Source: Raja brachyura (lineage: Eukaryota). Taken from it: a DNA stretch of 64,000 nt. Of the stretch, positions 25,315 to 37,312 are shown in pieces (within the stretch, counting starts at the first letter, position 1; the number at the start of each line of letters is the position of its first letter). Under the pieces are notes generated by a model that did no database searches, was not told where the DNA came from, and was given only the letters and a program-made list of their open reading frames with translations. Made by a program: the position numbers and the translations under genes. The stretch covers positions 26,598,001 through 26,662,000 of the forward strand of contig OY740810.1 in assembly GCA_963514005.1 (NCBI GenBank), in the 5' to 3' direction.

Positions 25315-25935
25315 TGAGAGTTTGCTCTACTTCCTTAGATGGCTTAGGAAGTTCTGCATGTCCCCAACAACCCTCACCAACCTCTACATGTGCTGTAGAA
25401 AGCATCTTATTGGGATGCATCACAGCCTGGTGTGGGAACGGCATCATCTGAGACCACAGGAAATTGCAGTTGTGGACGTAGCCCAGACCATCACACAAAC
25501 CAGCTTGCCTCCCATTGACTCCAGCTACACTTAATGTTGCCTTGGCAAGGCCACCGCCGGCATAATCAAGGACCAGTCTCACCCCGGTCACTCCCCTTTC
25601 TCCCCTCTCCCATCAGGCAAGAGGTACAGAAATTTGAAAAAGCATACCTCCAAATTCCGGGGCTCAGCTGTTATCAGGCAAATGAACAGTTCTCTCTCCA
25701 GCTAGAGTGTGGTAATGACCTCCCATCTACCTCATTGGAGAATTTTGAACTGTCTTTAATTGGACTTTATCGGACTTCAATGTCATATCTTGCACTCAAT
25801 GTTATACCCGTTATCATTTATCTGTACACTGTGGACGGATTGATTGTATCCATGCATAGTCTTTTCTTTGACTGTATAGCATGCAAGCAAATGCTTTTCA
25901 CTGTACCTCTGTACACATGACAATAATAATAAACC
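25315..25935 (+). mobile_element. Rex1/Babar LINE 3' fragment
   Basis: LYFLRWLRKF and ESILLGCITAWCGN motifs; gacaataataataaac tail. Confidence 0.8.
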
Positions 25936-26119
25936 AACTAAGGGTGACTATACCATAAATATGCAGTTGTTTGGCCATGTTTAGATTGTTGCTTGTGGTA
26001 ATTGTTTAAAAGTAAAGAGTCATCCATTTTGTGCAAGAGATGAGACAAAAACATCTTAATGGGTGTGAGTATTTGGCACTCCCTTCTCAAATGAGTCTTT
26101 GGATATCTCCAAGGCAGCG

Positions 26120-26432
26120 GTGGTGGCATGGTGGTGCAGCGGTAAAGTTGCTGCCATCAAGCGCCAGAGACCCGGGTTCTATCTTGACTATGGGTGCTGT
26201 CTGTATGGAGTTTGTACGTTTTTCCTGTGACCGCATGGGTTTTCTCCAGGTGCTCCAGTTTCCTCCCACACTTCAAAGATGTACAGGTTTGTAGGTTAAT
26301 TGGCTTCGGTAAAGATTGTAAATTGGCCTTTGTCCGTAGGCTAATGTCTACATAGGCGTATGGGGATTGCTGGTCGGCACGGACTCGGTGGGCCGAAGGG
26401 CCTGTTTCCGAGCTGTATCTCAAAGCTAAACT
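26120..26432 (+). mobile_element. V-SINE (HE1-like)
   Basis: Full head, V domain and tail. Confidence 0.85.
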
Positions 26433-26696
26433 GAGGTAATGGTGGATGGATTCTTGACATGCAAAGGGGGCTCACAGATTACCAGTATTGGAAAGTTCAC
26501 AATCAGAAGACAATTTTATTGAATAGCAGATTAAGCTCGAGAGACCTCCATCTTATATCATTGAATTTTGCAATGGGCAAATTGGCTGCTATGTTTAGGA
26601 CATAATAATAGTCACTCTACTACAAAAGTTTTTCTTTTTCCTTGGCTTACTAATGCATTCTGGGGTCATTAAATACTTTTGGTAAATGCAGATCAA

Positions 26697-27115
26697 GAGT
26701 CAAGAGTGTTTAATTGTCCAATGTACTGACAACTGAACAATTAAATTGTTATATGCTGTGGCTTGAAATGCAATAATACAAAGATAAATATATATAATAA
26801 TCAATAATTCAATACATTAATAACCATAACATTAGCTAACCAAAATAGTGTGAAACCAAAGTCTGTAGTGCAACCAAAGACACGATCCATGGACAATCGT
26901 AGTTACTGACGTTAGTGTTGTGCAGTGGTCAAAGCCTGATGGCTACAGAAAAGAAGCTGCTCTTGAACTGGTGATCAAGGCTTTTAGATTTCAGTACCAT
27001 CTTCCTGGTGAGATAAGGACTATCTACCATCAGTCTTTGAGGTCATTGGCTGCCTTGTAAGGCAGCCATCTATAGTTTCCTTTGAAGGTGGGGAGATCAC
27101 AATATTTGTGATGAT
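26697..27115 (-). mobile_element. Rex1/Babar 3' fragment, (CTTGACT)n tail family
   Basis: tcaagagtcaagagtgtttaattgtc tail; aagaagctgctcttgaac. Confidence 0.65.
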
Positions 27116-27195
27116 CATGTCTGCATCACAATAAAGAGTCAAGAGTGTTTTTTTTTAAATTGTCATATGTCCCAGATGGAACAGTGAAATTCTTA

Positions 27196-27343
27196 TGGCC
27201 CTATCCAATGGTCATATCCAATTGAAAAATGTCCACGAGAGCCCCAAGTACCGACGAGCGGCCATTACCGTAAATCTCCAAATTACAATCAGGGCAAACT
27301 CAGGAGAGCTCTTGGAATGAACTTGTACCGTGGGACAGGGCCA
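27196..27343. mobile_element. Internally deleted MITE, family B
   Basis: Perfect TTA TSD (27193-27195, 27344-27346); TGGCCCT...AGGGCCA ends; inserted in Rex tail gaaattc-tta-cttgctgcagc. Confidence 0.85.
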
Positions 27344-27540
27344 TTACTTGCTGCAGCTTTTGGCTCACTGTGGTGTGACTTCTGAGAGAACGCCGCCACC
27401 TACGGCCGTCATTTTTGGCCAGCTCGCTCAGAGCCCCCATCTGCCTTCCTGGACCACAGGATTTTCCCCATCGATGAAAAATCAGAGAGATATTAATGTT
27501 TTTTAAAAATTCACCATTCTCTCTGCTGCCATTGCTGGAG

Positions 27541-27561
27541 GGAGGGGGAGGGACTATAAAA
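27541..27561 (+). promoter_or_regulatory. GC-box-like plus TATA-box module (same sequence at 29078-29098)
   Basis: GGAGGGGGAGGGACTATAAAA is identical in both elements while flanks diverge; function inferred only. Confidence 0.4.
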
Positions 27562-27679
27562 CCAGGAAGTGGTGTGCCTCACCCAGTCTCTGCAAGATGG
27601 AGGAAGCCAGAGGGTCACGTCTCTTTGAGCTCTGAATAGCACAGAACACATGTCTACTCACCTGTGAGTGCCCTTAATG

Positions 27680-28655
27680 TGGTTCTATAAATGCTTGCAA
27701 AAAGTGTCTTTATTGGTTCTAAAATGCTTGCAAAAAGTGTCTATTCGTTCTAAAATGCTTGCAAAAAGTGTGTCTATTGGTTCTAAAATGCTTGCAGAAC
27801 GTGTCTATTGGTTCTAAAATGCTTGCAAAAAGTGTCTCTATTGGTACTAAAATGGTTGCAAAAAGTGTCTCTATTGGTTCCAAAATGGTTGCAGAAAGAG
27901 TGTCTCTACTGGTTCTAAAATGCTTGCAGAAAGAGTTTCTCTCTTGAATCTAAAATGCTTGCAGAAAGAGTTTCTCTATTGATTCTAAAATGCTTGCAGA
28001 AAGTGTCTATTGGTTCTAAAATGCTTGCAGAAAGTGTCTATTGGTTCTAAAATGCTTGCAGAAAGTGTCTATTGGTTCTAAAATGCTTGCAGAAGGTGTC
28101 TCTATTGGTTCTAAAATGCTTGCAGAAGGTGTCTTTATTGGTTCTAAAATGCTTTCAGAAAGTGTTTCTATTGGTTCTAAAATGCTTTCAGAAAGAGTTT
28201 CTCTATTGGTTCTAAAATGCTTGCAGAAAGAGTTTCTCTATTGGTTCTAAAATGCTTGCAAAAAGTGTGTCTATTGGTTCTAAAATGCTTTCAGAAAGAG
28301 TTTCTCTATTGGTTCTAAAATGCTTGCAGAAAGAGTTTCTCTATTGGTTCTAAAATGCTTGCAAAAAGTGTGTCTATTGGTTCTAAAATGCTTGCAAAAT
28401 TTTTTCTATTGGTTCTAAAATGCTTGCAAAAAGTGTCTCTATTGGTTCTAAACTGCTTGCAGAAAGTGTGTCTATTGGTTCTAAACTGCTTGCAGAAAGT
28501 GTGTCTATTGGTTCTAAAATGCTTGCAAAAAGTGTGTCTATTGGTTCTAAAATACTTGCAAAAAGTGTCTCTGATGGTTCTAAAATGCTTGCAAAAAGTG
28601 TTTCTATTGGTTCTAAAATGCTTGCAAAAAGTGTTTCTATTGGTTCTAAAATGCT
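27680..28655 (+). repeat. Minisatellite, about 30 units of 31-35 bp (mode 33)
   Basis: Unit CTATTGGTTCTAAAATGCTTGCAAAAAGTGTCT. Confidence 0.97.
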
Positions 28656-28898
28656 GCCTGGCCAGAGTGACTGAGCTGCCAGCCCAAGAATCCATTTGGC
28701 CCACAATGTTCATACTAGCCCTCTGGAAATCAGTCCCTTTGACCCACAATACACATACTAGCGCTCCAGAAAGCCCCCCCCCCCCCCCCCCCCCCCCCCC
28801 GGCCAGCAATATTGGAATTGGTGGAGAGGTGGAATATTGCATTGCAGGACCAGCCCTCCCATGTGAAGCTGGGACCCAACGGGTCCCACTTAGTCTAG

Positions 28899-30083
28899 TA
28901 TATAATTTAAAACTCAAATCTTGACAACTTACTGTTTGCACTGCATATTGATTTTAGAAAAAACGCTGGCACTTACGGCTGTGATTTTTTCCCATTGATA
29001 AAAGAGTTAAGTGTTTTAAAAATGTTGAGATTCTCTCTCCTGTCAATCACGCCATGAAGGGCACGCCCCGTCCGGTAGGAGGGGGAGGGACTATAAAACC
29101 CAGAAGAGTGGGCGTGGCTCAGTCTCTGCAATAAGGGTAGGGAGAGGTCACGACTCTCTGTCTGAGCTGTGAATTAACTGAACACACTGAATATCTACTG
29201 AACTGTGAGTGTGGTGTTTTGTGGTGTGTTGTTTGGTTTTATGGTGGTTTTATGGTGGTTTCACCCTGCTTGAAATGGTATGAAATTGCATTTGAATTTG
29301 GTGGCCTTGCACCCTGCGTGAAATGATATGAAACTGCACTTGAATTTGGAGGCCTTGCACCCTGTTTGAAATGGTATGAAATTGCATTTGAATTTCGTGG
29401 CCTTGCACCCTGCTTGAAATTGTATGAAACTGCACTTGAATTTGGTGGCCTTGCACCCTGCTTGAAGTGGTATGAAACTGCACTTGAATTTGGTGGCCTT
29501 GCACCCTGCTTGAAATGGTATGAAACTGCACTTGAATTTGGTGGCCTTGCACACTGCTTTAAATGGTATGAAACTGCACTTGAATTTGATGGCCTTGCAC
29601 CCTGCTTGAAGTGGCATGAAACTGCACTTGCATTTGTTGGCCTTGCACCCTGCTTGAGGTGGCATGTAACGGCACTTCAATTTGGTGGCGCTGCACCCTG
29701 CTTGAAGTGGTCGGAAACTGTACTTGAATTCGGTGGCCTTGCACCCTGCTTGAAGTGGTAGGAAACAGCACTTGAATTTGGTGGCCTTGCACCCTGTTTG
29801 AAATGGAATTTCAAGGAATAGCTGTATGTGGACTGCCAGCACACCAGGCTTGAGTGACTGAGCTGGCAGCCTAAGAATCCATTCGGCCCACAATGTTCAT
29901 ACTAGCCTTCTGGAAACCAGCCCCTTCAGCCCACAACACCAATACTAACGCTCCAGTAAGCCCCCCCCCCCCCCACCCCCACCCACTGGCCACCAATATC
30001 GGAAGTGGTGGAGATGTGGAATATTGCGTTGGGGGACCAGCCCCCCCATATGAACATGGAACCCAACGGGTCCCACTTAGTCT

Positions 30084-30085
<2 letters not shown>
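28899..30085 (+). mobile_element. Non-autonomous Helitron-like element 2 (carries 48-bp minisatellite), head-to-tail with element 1
   Basis: Begins TATATAATTTAAAACTC directly after CTAG; hairpin TGGAACCC-AAC-GGGTCCCA at 30057-30075 then CTTAGTCT with AG missing; homologous to element 1 on both sides of the array. Confidence 0.72.
29262..29806 (+). repeat. Minisatellite, 11 full 48-bp units plus a partial unit
   Basis: Unit CACCCTGCTTGAAATGGTATGAAACTGCACTTGAATTTGGTGGCCTTG; starts at 29262, 29310 ... 29790. Confidence 0.97.
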
Positions 30086-30125
<40 letters not shown>

Positions 30126-30196
30126 TTCAAAAAACAAACAATAGAAGTACATTAATAGTCATAATAATAATAATCATCATCATAATAATCATAATA
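30084..30196. repeat. (TA)n(CA)n and (ATA/ATC)n microsatellites
   Basis: Direct reading. Confidence 0.9.
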
Positions 30197-30199
30197 GTC

Positions 30200-31330
30200 T
30201 ATTGTAGTTTAGAACTTATTTGAGGTTGTAGTGTTTAATAGCCTGGTGGCTGTAGGGAAGATGCTTTTCCTGAACCTGGACGTTACAGTTTTCAGGCTCC
30301 TGTACTTTCTTCCCAATGGCAGGGGTGAAATTAGTGTGTGGCCAGGATGGTGTGGGTCTCAGATGATGCTGGCTGCCTTCTTGGGGCAGCAGCTCCAATA
30401 AACCTCTTTGATGGTGGGGAGATCAGAGCCATTGATGGACTGGGCAGTGTCCATCACTTTTTTGCAGTCTTTTCCGCTCTTGAAAGTTCAAGTTGCCGAA
30501 ACAGCCCATGACGCAACCAGTCAATATGCTCTCTACTGTTCACCTGTAGAAGTTCAAAAGAAACCTCTTTGACATACCAAATCTCTGTAATCTTCTCAGG
30601 AAGTAGAGGCGTTGATGTGCTTTATTTATAATTGCCTCAGTGTGCTGGGTCCAGGAAAGTTCTTCGGAAATATGCACCCCCAGGAATTTGATGTTTTTGA
30701 CTCTCTCCACTATCGTCCCGTTGATAAAAACAGAATTGTGGGTCCTCATCCTTCCTCTTCCGAAGTCCACAATCAGTTCATTGGTTTTACTGATATTGAG
30801 AGCCAGGTTGTTTTGCTGGCACCATTTGGTCAATCGATTGATCTCACTTCTATACTCTGACTCATCACCATCTTTAATTGGTCCAACAACGGTGGTGTCG
30901 TCGGAAAACTTGAAGATGGAGTTCGATCTATGTCCGGCTCCACAGTCATGAGTATAGAGTGAGTAGAGCAGGAGGTTGCACGCAGCCTTGAGGTGCTCCT
31001 GTACAGATTGTTAATGAGGAAAAAGTATTTCTGCCAATTCAAAGAGACTGTGGTCCGTGGATGAGGAAGTCGAGGATCCAATTGCAGAGGGATGTGCAGA
31101 GACCCAGTTCTGTGAGCTTGAGAACCAGCTTGGAGGGGTTGATGGTATTGAATGCCGGCCAAGCTGTAGTCTATAAACAACAGCTTGATGTAAGTGTTTT
31201 TTTTGTCCAAGTGGCCCAGTGCAGAGTGGAGAGCCAGTGAGATCGCATCCTCTGTTGACCTGTTGTGATGGTAGGCAAACCGTAATTTGTCCAGGTTCTT
31301 CTTGAGGTAGACAACATGTCGCCAGACAGG
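30200..31330 (-). pseudogene. Rex1/Babar LINE reverse-transcriptase remnant, frameshifted
   Basis: FAYHHNRSTEDAISLALHSALGHLD..LLFIDYS; WCQQNNLALNISKTNELIVDF; FLGVHISEELSW; QRLYFLRRL; probable 3' tail at 27135-27356 on the far side of the Helitron pair. Confidence 0.85.
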
Positions 31331-31989
31331 CATAGAGGGAGTATTCACCTCAAATGTTTGCTTTCAAAACTTTTGAGTTACACTTGGTGTTACGTTCTAT
31401 GATCAAGTTGTTAAATCCAGTACCGTTCATGGTTTATCAAGCTGCGGTAAGCATTGTCCCCGCAATGCTTTGGAGAAATGGGCAACTATCAACACTGTTT
31501 CTGTAACATCTTCCAACTCTAATGGTGTCATAGAGTTGTACAGTACGGAAACAGGCCGTTCAGTCCACCTCCTGCATGCCGACCAAGTTGGCATCGTGAG
31601 CTAGTCCTATTTGCCTGCATTTAGCCCATAGCTGTCCAAATCCTTCCCATCCATATATCTGTCCAAATGTCTTTTAGAGTGTTAGGGGTGAGGAACCAGA
31701 GGGCCTCACCCTCTGAGCATTGAGTCACACTTAACCAGCTCAAGTGGATGGGACACACGGTCTTCTTACCTGTCACCAGATTCTGAAACAACCATTCTCT
31801 CCTGACAGCAATGGATGTGACGGAGATGAACAAGAATACTTTTAGGATCATCTCAAAATCTCCTTGAAGAACATAACAAACTGACTGTGCCAACTTGCCT
31901 TTGTTCAAAGTAGGGAAGGTACGTTCAGGAAGGCACTCAGCATCTCAAGTCGGTTCGACTCAACTGGAATTGAGAACCAGAGGACTGGT

Positions 31990-32250
31990 TTATGGTTGGG
32001 GGGGAACATTTAATAGGAACATAAGGGGTAACCTTTTCACACAAAGGGTGGTGGGTGTATAGAATGAGCTGCTGGAGGAGGTAGTTGAGGCAGGTATATC
32101 GCAATATTTAGGAAACATTTAGACACGTACTTTCGAATAGGTTTAGGAGGACATGGGCCAAACAGTTGGGACAAATGTCAATGCACCAAGTTTGTCGGTG
32201 TGGGCAAGTTGAGCCATGGGGCCAGTTTTCACTCTGTATGAATCTATGCC
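31990..32250 (+). mobile_element. CR1 3' fragment
   Basis: ttttcacacaaagggtggtggg...gaggaggtagttgaggcagg. Confidence 0.75.
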
Positions 32251-33832
32251 TCTAGGATTGGAACACGTTGTGACTTAGAGAAAACAGTGAAACGGGCTCA
32301 GAGTTTCCAAGATAGTCCGCTCACCAACTCCCCCAAGTACCACCTGCTGAACTATTGCCAGAGTGTGAGGGTCCACGCTGGCATCAACAACTCCATTGGA
32401 ATGCCCAGGAGCAGAGAGCAAGCAATCCTTCACCTTGAGAGAACACCTGTCAAAACACAACGCACTGTCGTTAAGTCTCAAGGATGAATACCGTTCTCTG
32501 AAAGAGGTGGACATCCATGAAAATCTTCACCCAGTAAAGAAACAACTCTCATTTTAAGAATTCCCTCCCTTCACTCTCTCCCTTTTTTGTAGCCCCTCCC
32601 CTATTATTGTGCACATCCATTTCTCTCCCTACCCCCTCACATTCCCATGATACTATATACCTCCCTCTGGCTTTATATTTCATTCCCCTTCTCTATTTAT
32701 CTGACACCCTTTTGTCTTTTCATATCTGGCCTTTGTCTCTTTCTGCACCCACCTGCCAAACAAACACCTCTAAGGTGTGTCCACCTATCACTTGCCAGGT
32801 TTTTTCCCACCCCGGTCTCTCTGTTCCAGCTTTCTCTTCCCCTACTGCAATCAGTTGTCCTGGCCTAAAATGTTGTCTATGCATTCCCTCCACAGATGCT
32901 GCTTGACCCGCTGAGTTATTCCAGCACTTATCTCAGGATCCCAACACTTATCTCAGGATTCCTTGTATCTCCAATTTATAATATTATTGAAATGAACATC
33001 ACGCTGTTGTTAGTGGGTGCCTGACGTTGTTTGTGGCTACATTCTATTTACTTATTCAATCACAGAATGTGAAAATCTCCGGTAAGACCAGCATTTGTTG
33101 TCTGTCCAGAGGTGGACATGACCTGTCGTTGGCTAGGATGATATATCAGGAAGAAAGCAAACTGCCCCATCAGCACACAGTGATTAGTGTGGCAATGTTA
33201 GTCCGATAACCACACCAAGAGTAAATTGAAGACACAAGCTGGAATCTTGAGCAATATACAAAGTGAAGGAGGAACCGAGCAGGTCAGGCTGCATTTGTCG
33301 AGGAAATAAATAGGCAACATTTCGGGTCAGGACCATTCTTCAGGCTAACACTAATATTTGAAGAAATTGAAGTTACTTTCATCACTGTGTCTGAGTGCTG
33401 AAATGAGTGGATTCAAGGCATTTGCAATTGAAATTCAGCTACCAACGATAGAACTGGATTCAATGCGCTACAATGTGCTACAACTAGAACTAAGACTGTG
33501 CCTAGAACTACATTCAGCGTTCTGTATCTTCCCCTTTGCTCCATCTGTTGTACTTGAGTTTGACTTGATTATATTTCCATGTGGTATAACTGATCCGTTT
33601 GGATAACATGTAAAACAAAGCTGTTCACTGTACCTTGGTACACGTGATTATAATAACCCTAAACCTAAACCTAAAGCTAAGGATGGCAGATTTCTTTCTT
33701 AGAAATATGTTATTGAACTAGGTGGAATATTAAATGATCCAGTTCGTGGTCATTATTACCCATATTGGCTTTTTAATTCCAGATTTATTGAATTGCTTGA
33801 TCATAAACCTGCAAGCTGCCACTCATGTCACT

Positions 33833-34310
33833 CAGATCATGAGATCATGAGATCATAAGACATTGGACTAGAATTAGGCCATTCAGCCTATCAGGTCTAC
33901 TCCACCATTCAATCATGGCTGATCTATTTTCCCTTCTCAACCCCATTCTCCTGACTCCTCCCCGTAACTTTTGATGCCCTTACTAATCAAGAACCTATCC
34001 ATTGTCACTTTCAGAATTCCCAATGATTTGGCCTCTACAGATGTCCGTGGGAATGAATTCCACAAATTCATCAACCTCCGTCAAAGGAAAATCCTCCTCC
34101 TCTCCATTCTAGAGGTTAACCCTTTTATTCTGAGGCTGTGCCCTCTTGTCCTAGACTCTCCCAGTACTGGAAACATCCTCTCTTCCTAGGTTTTTCATTA
34201 TTCGGTAGGTTTCAATGAGACCCCCCTCATTCATCTAAACTCTGGCGAGTACAGGCCTAGAACCATCAAAGACTCCTCACACATTGTCCCAATCATCCCT
34301 GGGATCATTG
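33833..34310 (-). mobile_element. CR1 3' fragment with (ATGATCTC)n tail
   Basis: Reverse CR1 tail and ORF end. Confidence 0.8.
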
Positions 34311-34862
34311 GTCTAAGGTTCTCGTCCAGTAATTTAAACACTGTAGTGTCTTACAATCAACCTTAAACATCCCGTCCATGTGTATGGGGGAAGATGGTAT
34401 TTTGCGAGACATAAGCCTCTGACTATAATGGGTTAAGTTATAATTTAATGAATTTTTCATCTCCCAAAAGAAAATATTATTTTTGTATTATTCTATAAAG
34501 GTGAAAGTGCACAATACAAATAATACATAATCTGAAGAAAGTGCATCATTTTTAGTTCCACATCAATTACATTGTTTAGGCTTCCAAAATAACTGTCTTA
34601 TTTTTGCTGTGAAATGGGGTGGATAATTAATACGTTAATGAGACCCTAGACATTTAATGTGGTTGTGTTATTCTTTCACAGATTTGTTACAGATCCAGAA
34701 ACTTGTTCTAATTCAGTACTGATGTATCATTGTTTAGTTTAGTTTCGATATACAGGCTGGAAACAGGACCTTCGTCCCACCAGGTCCGCGCTTACCAGCG
34801 AACCCTGTACACTAGCACTATCCTAGGGACAATTTACAATGTTTACCAAAACCTATGAACCT

Positions 34863-35308
34863 CTCCATATATATTGTATCTAGATAAGTAGCTGTTCTTG
34901 GCAACATGGCTCGACGTGCCCCCCGCGGGATCTGATGAGAATAATGTATTTTTAAAATGGAAGTAACATGTCTTTACTGATACCATCATTTGTAGTAGAG
35001 TTATTAATAATACATATTGTGATCTTTTATTTATATATATAATATAGGCAGAGGTTACAAAATTTTTTATTTTTATTTTTTATTTTTTTTTAGTTCTTTT
35101 CTCTTCTTTTCTTTTTTACAATTATCAAATTATTAGTTAACTATACCCTCATTGATTTATAAGCTACTTTTTCTTTATCTTTATTTCTAAAAAAATAATA
35201 GATAAGTATTATTAATGTTTTACATGTATGATAAAATGAATTATCTGATATCTGTAAACTTGTTTAAGGTATCGTAATTGATTATCTTTAATAAAAAAAT
35301 ATTACAAA
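34863..35308 (+). mobile_element. L1-clade 3' end with 15-bp TSD
   Basis: TSD AAAACCTATGAACCT at 34848-34862 and 35309-35323; starts SPYILYLDK*; ends taataaaaaaatattacaaa like the 13020 element. Confidence 0.78.
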
Positions 35309-35427
35309 AAAACCTATGAACCTACAAACCTGTATGTATTTGGAGTGTGGTTGGGAACCGGAGCACCCGGGGAAAACGCATGCGGTCACAGGGAGAACGT
35401 ACAAACTCCATGCAGACAGCACCCTAA

Positions 35428-35687
35428 TGGTCCTGTCCCACGGTACGAGTTCATTCCAAGAGCTCTCCCGAGTTTTTTAAAAAATCAAATCAAAACGGAG
35501 AATGAATGTAGCGGGTGCGTCGGAGCTTGGGGACGTCTCTTTGCGGCTCGTAACGCTAACGGCAGGTACTCGGGAAGACTCGCTAACGGCAGGTAAGCTC
35601 GGGAAGACTTGTGAAGGTTTTTCAACACGTTGAAAAATGTCCACGAGAGTCCCGAGTACCGACGAGTGGCCATTACCGTAAATCTCC
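35428..35687. mobile_element. MITE family B, right TIR lost
   Basis: TAA then TGGTCCTGTCCCACGGTACGAG; body matches 25015. Confidence 0.8.
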
Positions 35688-36231
35688 AAGCAACTCTACC
35701 ACTGCGCCACCGTGCCCCCTTATTTGTGTACAATTGTGTCCTTGGAAAACCAGCCGGCAGTGTATATAAATGTAAGCGTGCCTTTAAGGATCCAGTGTAG
35801 CATCTGGCATGTCTATGATTCTGTATGTTGTCGTGTGGACACAGCACTTTAATTGAGAGTTGATGTCTTCGGTTGAGAATTCTGTTGATAGCACTGTTTA
35901 TTTGCTAATGCCTGCAGCAACACAAAGGAATCTCTGGACACAACAAGACCCAAGTTATAAATTGCATCTCAAAGTGTCCCTGTGGTATTATACCAGACAG
36001 CATCGGCAACTCTTAAGAAAAGTCATCAAACTTGGAATATACTGTGGATTTGAAATGTATAAGAACAGAGCAATTTTGGAGTGTACGTCCACAGATCCTT
36101 GAAGGCAGCGGAACAAGTAGATATCACGATTAAGAATATATCCTTGCTTTTATTAGTCGAGGCACAGAAAGTAAGGAAACAAAGAGATCACGCTTGAAAT
36201 ATATAAAATATTATTTAGGCTGTAACTTGAC

Positions 36232-36530
36232 CAGGGCAGCCAGACACTCAGCTGGCAGAACAGCTGCCTCACAGCAGCTGAGATATGGGTTTGATCCTGA
36301 CCTTGTGTGCTGTCTGTGTGGAGTTTGTATGTTTTACCTGTGACTGTGGGTTTCCTCCCGGTGGTCTGGTTTCCTCCCACATCTGGGTTATTTTTCCTCT
36401 GTAAAATCTGCCCTAATAAGTGGATGAGAAAGTGAGATAATGTAGAACTAGCATGAGAAGGTGATTGATGGTCAGCATGGAGTCAGTGGGTCATAGGGCG
36501 GGTTTCCATGCTGTGTCTCTGTCTCTAAAC
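36232..36530 (+). mobile_element. Diverged V-SINE
   Basis: gggtttgatcctgacc, ggagtttgtatg and tail. Confidence 0.7.
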
Positions 36531-37084
36531 TATCTGCAAACATTACAGGAAGGGCACGATATAATAGTAGAAATGCAGATGATGTTTATAGGGGTTAATA
36601 TGAGGCTAAATATAAGGAGTGAGGCAAGGCGAGGTAAAATTCCACACAAGGCCACTCACTTAACTTCTGATGAATGCGGAATGCTGATGGAAGTTGAATG
36701 GTGGAAGTTGAAGCAATAATTGAGGGAGCAATAAGGCGTTGTATCCCTCCGATGCTCCAAAACCTTCCTGTATGTAACCAATCCTCCTGACTGGGAGAGC
36801 AACGAGACTTGTGTGTTTCAGACCTCCCATAATTGGACACAACCACTAGTACCCGGTATTGATTTTCCCAAACATAACATATTTAGCTTAGGAAAGGAGT
36901 AATCCTCATAAGTGTAACACAGCAATGCATACATAAGAATTCTTGGAATCACCCACTTCTTCTCTCTCCCACCTCCAGCCAAACCATCGCAATGCAACCT
37001 AACAACAATGTCCCTTCTACCTCTACCGGTAACCGATTGTTGATGTTTGCAACAATGTCTGAAGCTGAATTTGGAACAGGTTTT

Positions 37085-37312
37085 TAGTTTTTTATAGTTT
37101 TAAAGATACATCGTGGAAACAGGCCCTTCGGCCCAGCAAGTCCCCGCCAACTAGTGATTGCCATATGCTAGCACTATCCAACACGCGGGGGACAAATTAG
37201 TCTTTACTGAAACCAATTAACTTACAAACCTGCAAGTCTTTGGAGTGCGGGAGGAAACCGGAGCACCCAGAAAAAAACCCATACGTTCACAGGGAGAACG
37301 TACAAACTCCGT
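37085..37312 (-). mobile_element. V-SINE lacking head
   Basis: Tail and V domain present. Confidence 0.8.

Larger units (their letters stand above)
27357..28898 (+). mobile_element. Non-autonomous Helitron-like element 1 (carries 33-bp minisatellite)
   Basis: Hairpin TGGGACCC-AAC-GGGTCCCA at 28870-28888, ending 10 nt before the end of the terminal CTAG (28895-28898), which is followed by T; no TIR or TSD; 5' end apparently truncated. Confidence 0.75.
34733..35718 (-). mobile_element. V-SINE interrupted by an L1 3' end and a MITE
   Basis: Tail 34733-34862, V domain 35309-35424, head 35688-35718. Confidence 0.8.

Noticed and set aside
27680-28655. CRISPR-like array (constant core plus variable linker)
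   Set aside because: Linkers are only about 8-12 nt and are variants of one another; eukaryotic context with no cas genes; it is a minisatellite
28315-29893. Long repetitive ORFs (189-210 aa)
   Set aside because: They follow from 33-bp and 48-bp periodicity, are open on both strands and show no recognisable domain
36590-36880. Possible solo LTR on the minus strand
   Set aside because: TG start only; no TSD, second copy or clear poly(A) signal
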